From an uncultured Bacteroidales bacterium (GTDB taxonomy: Bacteria; Bacteroidota; Bacteroidia; Bacteroidales; VadinHA17), in assembly GCA_963849945.1 (NCBI GenBank), contig CAWKJD010000021.1, positions 3,978 through 67,977 on the forward strand: DNA of 64,000 nt, in the 5' to 3' direction. Positions within the stretch are counted from its first letter, which is position 1; each line of letters opens with the position of its first letter. Positions 1-9,115 of the stretch are shown piece by piece. The notes beneath the pieces were generated by a model, which saw only the letters and a list, made by a program, of their open reading frames with translations, did not search any database and was not told where the DNA came from. Made by a program: the position numbers and the translations under genes.

Positions 1-254
1 GTCGCATCTTTCCCTCTTGCTTCTAACCGTTCTGCCTTTGAGTCAAGTCTCTCTCCTCTTCTTTCAGCTCGTTTTACAATTCTCTCTGCTTTCTTTTCAT
101 TTTTATCATCAAACCATCTCCCGTCAGGGTCAATATATCTTATAGGATTATTCGCAGCATAGCAGTATGGCGAATATGAGTGGTCTTTTTCAGCACTTGG
201 GTCAATCACGTGCCACCTTCCAATCTGGGGATCATAGAACCGTGCTCCGTAATC
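1..254 (-). pseudogene. orphan Rhs C-terminal fragment (core end [14 protein letters not shown] plus start of the toxin tip), running off the left edge
   Basis: nt 1-254 align base-for-base with 10185-10438 inside the intact rhs gene. The first 221 nt are identical, followed by 3 synonymous mismatches. Upstream in-frame codons read [14 protein letters not shown], with no start codon. Confidence 0.8.
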
Positions 255-389
255 CTGTTGATCTACTCATATAAAACAACTCATCCAAAAGCTGCAGGAA
301 CTCCAAAAACAGGTGTTATTCAAAGAACGATCTAATATTTAAAGATACCTTTTTTCTTTTAATTGAGATTTTCAGTTAAAAAGAAAAAG

Positions 390-881
390 CTATTCTTCAT
401 CCACTATCGGGATTATTGATGCTAATTCCTTCTCGATGTCAAGACCATATGATACGGCTATCTTTGCGATATGGATTCCAAAGACACCTCTGAGTTCACC
501 TAATCCGCTGATAAATATCCAGGAACTGATATTGTCAAAAGGAGGCCTCAGGTATCTCATTTCATGTTTATTGTCTTGAGTCTTATCCAGGAACTTTCTG
601 CAAGCGGCTCTTAATGCTCTCAGGTTTGTTTCCAGTTCAGATCCGCTAGCTAGAGTGCCGATTTCATCAGTCAGATATCTTCTTATCTCAATGATAGATT
701 CAACGCAGTGCATCGGCATTTCCATATCGTATGGCGAGTATAATACTCTCCGGTCTTCCAGGAAAGATATTATTCTCTTGGCGACTTTTCTCTCGGATTC
801 AGGAGGATTCCAGGATACTCCGAAAAAAGGAACACTGATTCCGGTGATTCTTTTTGATACTTCTTTGAAGTTCATTTTCAT
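390..881 (-). CDS. hypothetical protein (164 aa from MKMNFKEV)
   Basis: ORF 390..995. The first 38 codons are Cys/Lys-rich and look non-coding, so the Met at 881 is preferred. No family recognised. Confidence 0.5.
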   Translation of the reverse strand: MKMNFKEVSKRITGISVPFFGVSWNPPESERKVAKRIISFLEDRRVLYSPYDMEMPMHCVESIIEIRRYLTDEIGTLASGSELETNLRALRAACRKFLDKTQDNKHEMRYLRPPFDNISSWIFISGLGELRGVFGIHIAKIAVSYGLDIEKELASIIPIVDEE

Positions 882-1100
882 GGGATTAATGAATGAGGAT
901 ACTAAAGTTAGTAAAAATACAGGATCCCATCGCTCGCCATCCCTTCTGCATTTATTTTTGTCATGGTTTTTGTGGCTGATGCACTTGCAGCACATGCCGG
1001 CTTTTGTTTTTGTGTTGGTTGATTTTTAAGTAGTAAAAACAAAACCGGCAAGAGCTGCGCCGCCCCTTTCCGGATACAAAAACTCACGCCAAAAATAAAT

Positions 1101-1211
1101 GCCCAAAGCTATAGTTACATAATGCAAGTTATACGCAGCCTGTCTTTCAGTGGTATTGATTTTTGTGTTTCGGCTGCCTATAACTGGCATTATGTACTTC
1201 GGGCTAAAGCC
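1101..1211. repeat. palindromic unit A: two inverted copies of a GGCTGCCTATAA-N-GCATTATGTA core
   Basis: The tail of 1101-1140 (tacataatgcaagttatacgcagcc) matches the reverse complement of 1172-1196 at 23 of 25 positions. The spacer is 31 nt. Confidence 0.7.
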
Positions 1212-1305
1212 AAATAGCCGCACTCCCTCCCCGCCTGACCCGGTAGCCAAAACCTCAAAAAAACAAAGCAAAGGTATGCAAGCTCCGCACTGGCCGACCC
1301 GCAGT

Positions 1306-1396
1306 AAAAAAGCAAGGCCAAGACAAGTCCCGTTAAATTTTTTTATTTAATTTTTATTTTCAATGGTAAAAATTTTAACGGGAGCCTTGCTTTTTT
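1306..1396. terminator. long hairpin flanked by A6/T6 runs; possible bidirectional terminator downstream of ORF 1460..1741
   Basis: AAAAAAGCAAGGC (1306-1318) pairs with GCCTTGCTTTTTT (1384-1396). An inner stem CCCGTTAAA / TTTAACGGG encloses an AT-rich loop. Confidence 0.45.
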
Positions 1397-1459
1397 CCCT
1401 CGCTTGCATGTCGCGAGAGCTTTCTTTTTTTCCGGTTTTTTCTTTGTGGAAATGGTTAA

Positions 1460-1741
1460 CTAAATCGTTTCGATTAATTTAATCGTCCATTTACCCGGTA
1501 AATTCTTGGTTACCCATTCAGTACATTTTTGATAAACACCTTCTTCAGAATGGTCCATGAACTGTTCCAGTTTCATATCCACTTGGATTTCATTTCCCTC
1601 TGACCAGTTTCCACTCCTTATATAGTACAGTACTCCTCCGAAGTAGTAATCGTTTGTATGTGATGACACATACACTTTAAAAAGTCCGTTCTGGTGGTCT
1701 AAAATATAGACCTTTGTCCAGTTGATGTAATTTTTTTTCAT
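1460..1741 (-). CDS. hypothetical protein (93 aa)
   Basis: Clean ATG ORF followed by the hairpin at 1306-1396. No family recognised. Confidence 0.45.
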   Translation of the reverse strand: MKKNYINWTKVYILDHQNGLFKVYVSSHTNDYYFGGVLYYIRSGNWSEGNEIQVDMKLEQFMDHSEEGVYQKCTEWVTKNLPGKWTIKLIETI

Positions 1742-1862
1742 GTTGTAAAAATTTTAATTGTTTATAATTATTATACTCATAAATAGTGAGGAGTTTCAAA
1801 AAATCGCATTTTTCGGAAAATATTTTTTGATGCAGTAATTTAGACAAAACTTTACACTATGG

Positions 1863-2038
1863 CTTAACTTTGGCTTAGATACAGACCTAGCGAGCGCGAG
1901 GGGAAGTGTCAAGGTTTTTGGGATATTTTTTTGATTCAATTAAAAAAAAAAAACAGCTATCAAAAAAATATTCCAAAATTCATTTTAACCTTGACTGTGC
2001 GAGGGCGGAAGCTACCTTTACTAAGCCAAAGTTTTAAG
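1863..2038. repeat. ~176-bp imperfect palindrome with an A12 tract near its centre
   Basis: Three nested arm pairs: cttaactttggcttag (1863-1878) with ctaagccaaagttttaag (2021-2038); gtcaaggtt (1908-1916) with aaccttgac (1987-1995); ttttgggatattttttt (1916-1932) with aaaaaaatattccaaaa (1962-1978). Confidence 0.75.
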
Positions 2039-2282
2039 ACTGCAAGATTGATATCACCTGCATAGGCGAACTCCAGGAATGACCAGGATAGTCATTTTTG
2101 ATTATAAGATTATGAGAAGGAGTATTGATAAAATTATGATAATGATGATACTACGATTTGTAGGGTTAATACATTTCATTTTAATAAACCAAAAAACTCA
2201 AAATTAAATTCTTCATCTTTTTTCATATACCGTTTTTATATATTATAGTCAGTTATTGTCCCAAAGTTTCCACTTTCTATTG

Positions 2283-2347
2283 AAAAAGTTGTGGATTAAT
2301 AATCCCAAAAATGTGCTTATTAAGCACAAAATGTGGTTTATTAATGC
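2283..2347. promoter_or_regulatory. three iteron-like direct repeats (AAAATGTGNNTTATTAA) at 20-22 bp spacing
   Basis: TGTGG at 2290, TGTGC at 2312 and TGTGG at 2332. The middle unit is the perfect palindrome GTGCTTATTAAGCAC. Confidence 0.5.
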
Positions 2348-2411
2348 AAGGTATGATACGGGATGCTTCGAAAAAAGGACAACCCTCTCTCAGGCTGGCA
2401 GCGTCAGGCTG

Positions 2412-2516
2412 AGCGGCTATTTAACATAATGACTCATTATAGGGCAGCTTTGGTTTTTGAGCGTTGGATTTGAGCGGCTGTGCCTATAATGCCGCATTAT
2501 GTTAATATAGCTTGGG
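2412..2516. repeat. palindromic unit B, a second copy of unit A in the same orientation
   Basis: 2412-2447 resembles 1101-1140 and 2475-2516 resembles 1172-1211 (ggctgtgcctataatgccgcattatgt versus ggctgcctataactggcattatgt). Confidence 0.6.
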
Positions 2517-2676
2517 GTAATTTTTTCGGGCATGTCTTTTTGCCTGACGGGTTAGCGCAGCTCTTTGCTTTTGGCTTTTTACCGCTAAAATCAATTAAAA
2601 GAAAAAACAAAAGCAATGTGCTGCAAGCGTGCTGAGCAAAAAGCATGACGGAAAAAATTACAGAAGGGGGCGGCGC

Positions 2677-2739
2677 GGGGAGCAGCTCCCAAAAATGCGG
2701 GAGCTAATGGAAGATTTTTGGGAGCTGCGTGGGACTAAG
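2677..2739. promoter_or_regulatory. three GGGAGC-headed direct repeats at exact 21-bp spacing
   Basis: GGGAGC at about 2677, 2698 and 2719. The first forms the palindrome GGGAGCAGCTCCC. The set abuts the 3' end of the ORF6N gene. Coordinates may be off by 1 nt. Confidence 0.45.
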
Positions 2740-3283
2740 GTTTGTCTGTATCGGAGTGTTTAAAACCTTTTACCTTCACGGGTTTATATGGTTCATGCTT
2801 CTCGATCATTTCATCAAGATAACTAAAGACAAGCTCTATGTTCTTGTCCTGGTTTACAAGCTTTTTCTTTATCTCTTCTATTTCAAGTCGCACACTTAAA
2901 TTATCCATCAGGATTTCCCGGACTTTGGTAAAGACACGCATGATCTGGATATTTACCGTTATTGCTCTTTCACTATTTAAAACACCTGATAACATAGCCA
3001 CACCCTGCTCAGTAAAAGCATATGGTAGTTTACGACGGCCTCCCCAACTTGATGCTCCAATCTGGAATATCAAGATATCGAACTCCTCCTTTGTGAGTTG
3101 GAACATAAAGTCTTCCGGGAAACGTCCTAAATTACGTTTTACCTGTTCATTTAATCTGCGAGTCTCAACTCCGTAAAGCTCTGCCAGATCTTCATCCAGC
3201 ATCACCTTTTTATCTCTTACCAAGTAGATCTTATTGGTTATTATCTCGTCCGGTATTGCAAGCTTGCTGGTCCCTTTTGCCAT
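2735..3283 (-). CDS. ORF6N (KilA-N-like) domain protein
   Basis: IYLVRDKKVMLDEDLAELYGVETRRLNEQVKRNLGRFPEDFMFQLTKEE ... GGRRKLPYAFTEQGVAMLSGVLNSERAI matches the ORF6N pattern common in Bacteroidota mobile DNA. Confidence 0.85.
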   Translation of the reverse strand: MAKGTSKLAIPDEIITNKIYLVRDKKVMLDEDLAELYGVETRRLNEQVKRNLGRFPEDFMFQLTKEEFDILIFQIGASSWGGRRKLPYAFTEQGVAMLSGVLNSERAITVNIQIMRVFTKVREILMDNLSVRLEIEEIKKKLVNQDKNIELVFSYLDEMIEKHEPYKPVKVKGFKHSDTDKP

Positions 3284-3373
3284 GTAGTAAGTGTTTGACG
3301 TTTGTAAATTTACTTATTTAATCTTGATGTCGCAATTTGCGATATCAAGTTTGTATGTGTCTGATTTTGTGAT

Positions 3374-4375
3374 TTATCCCAGCGGGTGACATTTATTTAT
3401 TGATTCCTGCAGATCTTCCAGGTAGTCGACCTGGTATCTTTCAGTGGAGCTGATCCACTTATGCCCGGACATGTACTGAACGGTCCTTAGATCATATCTC
3501 TTTAACCATCCGGTGACCACACTCTGGCGGATATGACTGCAGCTGCGGACCTTCGGATTGATCTGCTTTAATGCTTTTACCAGATGCATCAGGCTGTTCT
3601 TGATATCTTCAGATCCGTTCATGCTGATTAGTAACTGTCTGCTCAGCTTTTCCAGATCCGGATTCTCGGCTTTTCTTCCGGAAGTGATATTTTTCTTTTT
3701 AACTGATTCAAGTATTGCCGGTCTGGTTTTTAAAAGATAATCCTGCAGCTCTAATACCTGATGAGCTTCAAGCTTCAACGTGCGGCCTCCTTCATGACGA
3801 CTCCCGGGGATCCGGATCTTTCCTTCTCTTAAATGTATATCAGCAGGTTCCAGCCTTCGAAGATCATCCGTTGATAATCCCTGGCTCGTGAGCAGTGAAA
3901 GGATCACTTTGTTCCTGGCTGTTCTAAGATCAGTCACCTGGTAACTTTCATAAAGCTTTTGCAACTCTCCTTCGCTCATCATACCCGTTGGGATCCTCCG
4001 GGACCGGGTTCTTAAGTAAAGTCTATCGGCCGGGTTCTTTTCTACCCTGCCACGCTTTTGCAGGTAGCTGTAATACTTTCTTACTGCTGCCACCTTGCGG
4101 TTGATCAGCTTCGAAGAGTCACCCGCTGTCTTACACCGGGTGATATAATCATACATATCTGTTCGTTTTACATGGGTGTCAGATAAATACCTTTCTCTCA
4201 GATAAAATAAAAAAGCAGAGATGTAATTAATAAAAGCTTTTATGGTTGCCGGCGAGTATTCTTCTGTCCCTAACTCCGACAAATTGGCCAGAAGTTTTTT
4301 TCCAAACAGATCTTTCTGCTTTTGATACTTACTCCTGTTCATAAACGATATGGGTGTAAATCTGTGTTGTCTCAA
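3374..4375 (-). CDS. tyrosine recombinase / integrase
   Basis: Catalytic pattern R (DDLRRLEP), HxxR (HIRQSVV) and H...Y (GHKWISSTERY). Overlaps the upstream recombinase gene by up to 47 nt; the start may be a later Met. Confidence 0.85.
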   Translation of the reverse strand: MRQHRFTPISFMNRSKYQKQKDLFGKKLLANLSELGTEEYSPATIKAFINYISAFLFYLRERYLSDTHVKRTDMYDYITRCKTAGDSSKLINRKVAAVRKYYSYLQKRGRVEKNPADRLYLRTRSRRIPTGMMSEGELQKLYESYQVTDLRTARNKVILSLLTSQGLSTDDLRRLEPADIHLREGKIRIPGSRHEGGRTLKLEAHQVLELQDYLLKTRPAILESVKKKNITSGRKAENPDLEKLSRQLLISMNGSEDIKNSLMHLVKALKQINPKVRSCSHIRQSVVTGWLKRYDLRTVQYMSGHKWISSTERYQVDYLEDLQESINKCHPLG

Positions 4376-5225
4376 GGCTGCTGTGACCTAAAAAGTGTTT
4401 TATCTTCTCAGGTGATAACCCCGACTGCAGAAGGTGAGTTGCTATCGAGTGTCTTAGAGTGTGAAGGCTGCCCGGACGATCTATCAGAGCTTTTTCCTTA
4501 AGCGCCTTGAGCCTGTTCACCATGGCCTCCTCACATAGCCGGTTTCCTCTCTGGCTTAAAAAAAATGCCTGCTCATTTCCTTTTGCCAGCATCGGCCGGG
4601 CAAAGTGCAGGTAATTATAAAGATCTTCTTTTACTGCCCCTGTGAAAGGAACAAAGCGTTGTTTATAGTTCTTGCCCTTTCTAACGTACAAAAGACCCTT
4701 TTCAAAGTTTATATCTTCCTGGTCAAGACTTACTCCTTCACTTCTTCTTAGTCCACAGCCGTAATACACCCCAAGCATTGCCTTGTCTCTCACTCCAAGA
4801 AGATCTCCCTCACATGAGCGGTAAAGAGCTTTTATTTCTGATTTTGTAAATACGTTTACACTCTTTCGGCTAGTACCTGTGACAGCGATATCAGTCTCAA
4901 AGCCTTCATGGCCGTTTTCTCTTAAGTACCTTGACAGTTTTCTTAGAGATGTGAGATGTGTTCTCAGGTAGTTCCTGCTAAGCCTTCCACCTTTTACCCG
5001 GTTCTCTCTTGAGCTGAGATAATAAAAGTAGTCGCTGATGGTTCCGATTGTTAAATTATTAACACTAAGTATCTTATGACGTTCGAGCCAGTAAAAGAAC
5101 TCTCTTGCCTTAACCGGTGCATACCTCACGGTGCTTCGCTCGAAGTTTAACATTTCGAGCCACTCCCGGAAAGATTTTTCAAGAGCTGTAAATTCCTTGG
5201 ATTCTATCCTGATCTCGTGCATCAT
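4329..5225 (-). CDS. tyrosine recombinase, XerC/XerD-like
   Basis: GLRRSE, LHTLRHSIATHLL and LGHSSLETTQIYTH motifs. Confidence 0.9.
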   Translation of the reverse strand: MMHEIRIESKEFTALEKSFREWLEMLNFERSTVRYAPVKAREFFYWLERHKILSVNNLTIGTISDYFYYLSSRENRVKGGRLSRNYLRTHLTSLRKLSRYLRENGHEGFETDIAVTGTSRKSVNVFTKSEIKALYRSCEGDLLGVRDKAMLGVYYGCGLRRSEGVSLDQEDINFEKGLLYVRKGKNYKQRFVPFTGAVKEDLYNYLHFARPMLAKGNEQAFFLSQRGNRLCEEAMVNRLKALKEKALIDRPGSLHTLRHSIATHLLQSGLSPEKIKHFLGHSSLETTQIYTHIVYEQE

Positions 5226-5342
5226 TTTAGGGGGGTCTTGCTCTCTCCCGGTTATACATGTTATACTGTTATACTTGATTGTAACTTTTTTATTTTAACT
5301 GAGTTACGTACTGCGGGGAGCGATGTTATACTTCTGTTATAC

Positions 5343-8049
5343 TTATGTTAAACTTAAGCTTTTCTCTGTTATACTTACACTTTTTGATGTTATACTTAAC
5401 TTTTTTTCTTCCTTTTCTCTCAGTCCTTTAAGTATATCATCAAGGATATCGATTCCGGATTTAAGCTTATCGTATTCATCCCAGGCTGAGATCTCATACT
5501 CATAACCTGTCTTGCGGTTTCCACCAATCATCTGGAGATAACCCCGCTGCTCCAGTTCCCTCAGGTACCTGTTTGCCTTCATGGGGTGCATCCTGAAGTG
5601 TTCCCTGATATGTTTGGCATAAAGACTTCCCGGATTTCTGTTATTTCCTGCAAGCTCTTTCAGCCCTTCAAAGAACTGACGGACCTGTCCGCTTAGCTCA
5701 TCGGACTTTCTCAGAAGACTATCCTTTATCAGGTAGTTGGCCCACTCGATATCCTGCAGAGAGGATTCTATAAAAAGGATCCCGTTTTTGTTCTTTTGCC
5801 ACTTTCTTTGCCTTTGGTGATAAAACGTGATGATCTCTATGAGCCTGAGGTAATGCATGTTTGTCCGGAGCTTTTTAAAAACGCACTGAGGGATATCAAG
5901 CAGGGTGGCATAAGGATTGATAACTTTAACCGGACGCAGTAGCCTCTGGGCGTTCCTCAGGAGCTCACGCCAGGCGTTTTGTTCAGCATCATTAATAAGT
6001 CCTGCCTGTTGCCTTCGCTGGTAGTGCATGACCTGATCAGCGTGCTGCGGAGTCTCATCCACGTGTAGCAGGAACGAGCGGTTGGCATTATCCTCGTAGA
6101 TCTGCGTGTTTGTCGTGGCTCCTGACACGCATACCGGTCCTTCAACAACAAGCACCCTCTGGACGTTATTTCCCTTGATATCTTTATCCGTGGTTAGCTT
6201 GGTGATTGATTGCTTACTCATGAACTCCCGAAGCGGTAAAAACGCCTGGTAAACACCCTCGAGATCCTCGATCAGCAGGACCTTATGTTTCCAGAAGTCT
6301 TTTTCAGAGTAGTACAATGTATTTTCTGTAAGGCTGGTTATGGTTCTTAGACTTTCCTGCGGGAGGCACTCGCTGATCCTGGTCTGCAGGTAAGTTTTTC
6401 CACTGCCCGATTTGCCATAGATTATTGCATGAAGCGGTTCATCAAAAAGACGGCTCAGGTAAAGAAAAAAAAGCAGCAGACCGTTTTGCTCTTCCCCGAC
6501 AAGCCCGGTCTTTTCTATTGCCTTCATGGTATTTTTAACAAGATCCTGGGATGTTAAGAACTCACTCGCCCGGCTCTCTTCTTCCTGGCTCATGTGGTAG
6601 CTCTTTGGCTGAAGTGTTTTTCTTTCTCTCTCGATCTCCGAGAGCCGGTACTCTTCGAGCTGCAATTGAAGTCTCCGGATAACGGTTTTTAGCAATGTGG
6701 TGCTGATCTCAAGTTCCTCGGTAGCTCCTTTGATATATCTCTGCAGCTGACCATTACTGTAAAGGTTGACATCATCCTGGTAATACCTGCTCATTCCTTC
6801 AGTTTGTACCAGAAGATTGATCTTTAGCCTGTGTATGTTTTCTCTCTCAAGTCCTCCCCAGATTGTAAATAGCAGTTCCCCTTCACGGTAAGAGATCCTA
6901 TGGGGATTCTTTGTATTAAATTGAGTTTCCGTGTATGGTGTTTCGCTTTGTGATACCTGATCCGGGCTGTCATCATTTTTTATTTTATCTGAAGCATTTA
7001 CAGGTTTTCTGGTTCGGAGCAGGTGAGAAAGGATCTCAGCGTCATGACCCTGTACAAGACTGTTTATATCTTCATCATCCGGGGTTTCTACATTTGTAAT
7101 AAGGATATCCGGTTTAATGGCTCTAATCTTCTCGCTGATCTTTGTCACTGCTTCCCGGCCTCCTTCGTCTCCATCAAAAAACAGGATCACTTCATTAAGT
7201 TCCACAAGGGTTCTGATAGCTTCTGCATGTTCCGGAGTAAATCCGTTGGTTCCAAAAAGAGACATCATACCAAACTCATTTGTGATTGATTCCTGCTGCC
7301 TTAAGGTCTCGCAGTCGATGATACATTCCGTCAGGATCAGTTTCCTGGTTGCCGGTTCTGGATATCCGGGATAGATCCCCTGGTGGTTGCCATTCAGGTA
7401 AAAATGTTTCCCGGTTCCGTTCACGCTGATAGATCTTCCGTAGAGATCAATGACCTGGCCTTTTTCATTCTTTGTAAAGAACAGAACAACATTTTTAAAG
7501 GTCGGAACAATGGTATCCTGTCTCGATCGCCTGAGTATTCCAAGAGAGATGGCGCTCTCCTGAAGTTTCACATTCCATCCCTTGCCAAGGTCCGGACCAA
7601 GGTAACCGGCCTGGGTTTTATCCGGGTCAAGGTTTCGGGAGAGTAGATACTCCCTTGCTGCAGTAGTTCTCTTAAAGCTGCCACGGCTCTCCTGCATAAG
7701 CTTACCCATCACGGCAAGCCTTGGGAGCAGTTCCTTATCGTTTTCAGATTCATTAGTTTGTATCATGGCTCTTTGGATTATTCCTGCCGATGGATCTATA
7801 ATACTCTTTGCTTTTAATATAGCCTCATGTTTTCCTCTCTTGTCGTACCTTTCGATAAACTCTATCACATCCCCTGCAACTCCACAACCAAAGCAGTTAA
7901 ATGTGTTTGTCTCCGGGTAGATCTTCAGGCTGGGATCCTTGTCATCGTGGAAAGGACATTTCAGGAAGTGGTGCCGGTCGGGTTTCAGATCGTAATGACT
8001 TCAGAACTGTTTCTATTGATAATCGCTCCTTTATCTCCCGGATCTCCAT
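5343..8049 (-). CDS. DNA primase (CHC2 zinc finger + Toprim) fused to a P-loop helicase-like domain; N-terminus interrupted by a 1-nt frame change
   Basis: The ORF track starts at a GTG at 7868, but the frame stays open to 8000 and encodes CPFHDDKDPSLKIYPETNTFNCFGCGVAGD. Toprim motifs: LTECIIDCETL and FFDGDEGG. Walker A: GKSGSGKT. Walker B: VLLIED. The ATG with MEIREIKERLSIETVLK at 8049 is in another frame. Confidence 0.8.
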
Positions 8050-8167
8050 TGTTAATAAAATTTTATTTAAACATATCTGTTTACAAACATAACATATTAG
8101 TTCATTCAAAACAAAACCCTTTTATTAGACTTATTAACAACTATAAACTTATATGCTGCTAAAACCT

Positions 8168-8175
8168 TATATTTG
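8168..8175 (+). promoter_or_regulatory. candidate Bacteroidota -7 promoter box TATATTTG for the XRE gene
   Basis: Exact TAnnTTTG match 48 nt upstream of the ATG at 8223, in the divergent region between the primase and XRE genes. Confidence 0.35.
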
Positions 8176-8222
8176 CTGAACATTTCAGTTTGTTTATAAC
8201 TTTTTACAGAACCATTGAGCTT

Positions 8223-8573
8223 ATGAACGATTTCGCAGAAAATCTTAAAAAATGCAGGACCCAGAAGGGGATTTCCCAGGATGAGATAGCAAAGAAGATT
8301 AGTATACACCCTGTCCAGTTCTCAAGGTATGAACGTGGACAGAGCGCACCATCTATTGAAGTGGTACAGAAGATTGCAGATGCTCTTGAGGTTTCTATTG
8401 ACCAGCTCGTTTATGGAGATCAGGATAACAAGGCAGAACAATCTATCTCAGACAGGGAACTGCTATCTATGTTTCAGAAAATACAGCTGCTTAACGAAAG
8501 GCAGAAAGAGACAGTGAAGGATTTCCTTTCTTCATACATCCTAAAGTCAGATCTTAAACAAAAACTGGCATAG
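8223..8573 (+). CDS. XRE-family helix-turn-helix regulator
   Basis: LKKCRTQKGISQDEIAKKISIHPVQFSRYERGQSAPSIEVVQKIADALEVSIDQLV. The Met at 8223 is preferred over the ORF start at 8190. Confidence 0.85.
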   Translation: MNDFAENLKKCRTQKGISQDEIAKKISIHPVQFSRYERGQSAPSIEVVQKIADALEVSIDQLVYGDQDNKAEQSISDRELLSMFQKIQLLNERQKETVKDFLSSYILKSDLKQKLA

Positions 8574-8623
8574 GGCTTCCTGATCAGGATATTCTGAGGC
8601 ACTGTTTTTTCTGATTACACTCC

Positions 8624-9040
8624 ATGCAGGAAATTGAACCTAAAATACTTCCACTGGTACAGGCACTTAACTCTACAGGATTGGTCAGTACATTTTCAAG
8701 CTGTGAGGGGCATTTTGATGAAATTAGCAGATTCAATGATCATAACAAAGCTGATGTAAGGTTTGATCCTGAGGATAATATCTCAGATTACGACATTGAG
8801 AAGTTCATTTCTTATATTATTACCCGGTTTAGCAACTTACATAGCTTTTCTCCTGTAATAGCAACTGCTCACAAATTATATGGCCCAACAGGTCCGGAGG
8901 AAAATAAGGGAATTGACTTTGTTTATGTACTTCAATTAATACCCTTTGATCAGGGAGATTCTTCAATCAATAAAAGACAGTATATCGATAAGGCGATACT
9001 GGATGTATCTGCGATTGTAAAAGAGTATCACCATGCTTGA
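8624..9040 (+). CDS. hypothetical protein (138 aa)
   Basis: ATG ORF downstream of the XRE gene. No family recognised. Confidence 0.5.
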   Translation: MQEIEPKILPLVQALNSTGLVSTFSSCEGHFDEISRFNDHNKADVRFDPEDNISDYDIEKFISYIITRFSNLHSFSPVIATAHKLYGPTGPEENKGIDFVYVLQLIPFDQGDSSINKRQYIDKAILDVSAIVKEYHHA

Positions 9041-9050
9041 GGCTCAATAT

Positions 9051-9075
9051 AAAACAAAACCCCAGTCGCCCAGGG
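9051..9075 (-). terminator. GNRA-loop hairpin plus U-tract downstream of Rhs locus 1
   Basis: The minus strand reads CCCTGG-GCGA-CTGGGG-TTTTGTTTT. The same module recurs at 30516-30540. Confidence 0.5.
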
Positions 9076-9115
9076 TTCTGTTTATCTTTACAGGTTATTG
9101 TTTCTTTTTTTTGTT

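Larger units (their letters stand above)
255..9050 (-). mobile_element. putative integrative element (recombinase pair, primase-helicase, XRE switch, ORF6N, repeat-rich non-coding block)
   Basis: Gene content listed below. It lies between the two copies of the rhs-derived direct repeat. The right limit is set where homology between the two Rhs loci ends (shared terminator module at 9051-9094). Limits are tentative. Confidence 0.4.

Noticed and set aside
1026-1350. ORFs 1026..1271 (-) and 1150..1350 (+) as genes
   Set aside because: They lie across the palindromic unit and hairpins, have odd composition and lack convincing starts. They were treated as non-coding repeat DNA.
2734-2762. Apparent 1-nt mismatch between my hand reading of the T/A run at about 2755-2765 and the ORF-track end of the ORF6N gene
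   Set aside because: The ORF track is computed and internally consistent (182 aa, stop at 2735-2737), so I trust it. The mismatch shows that my hand-derived coordinates near homopolymers can be off by 1 nt.
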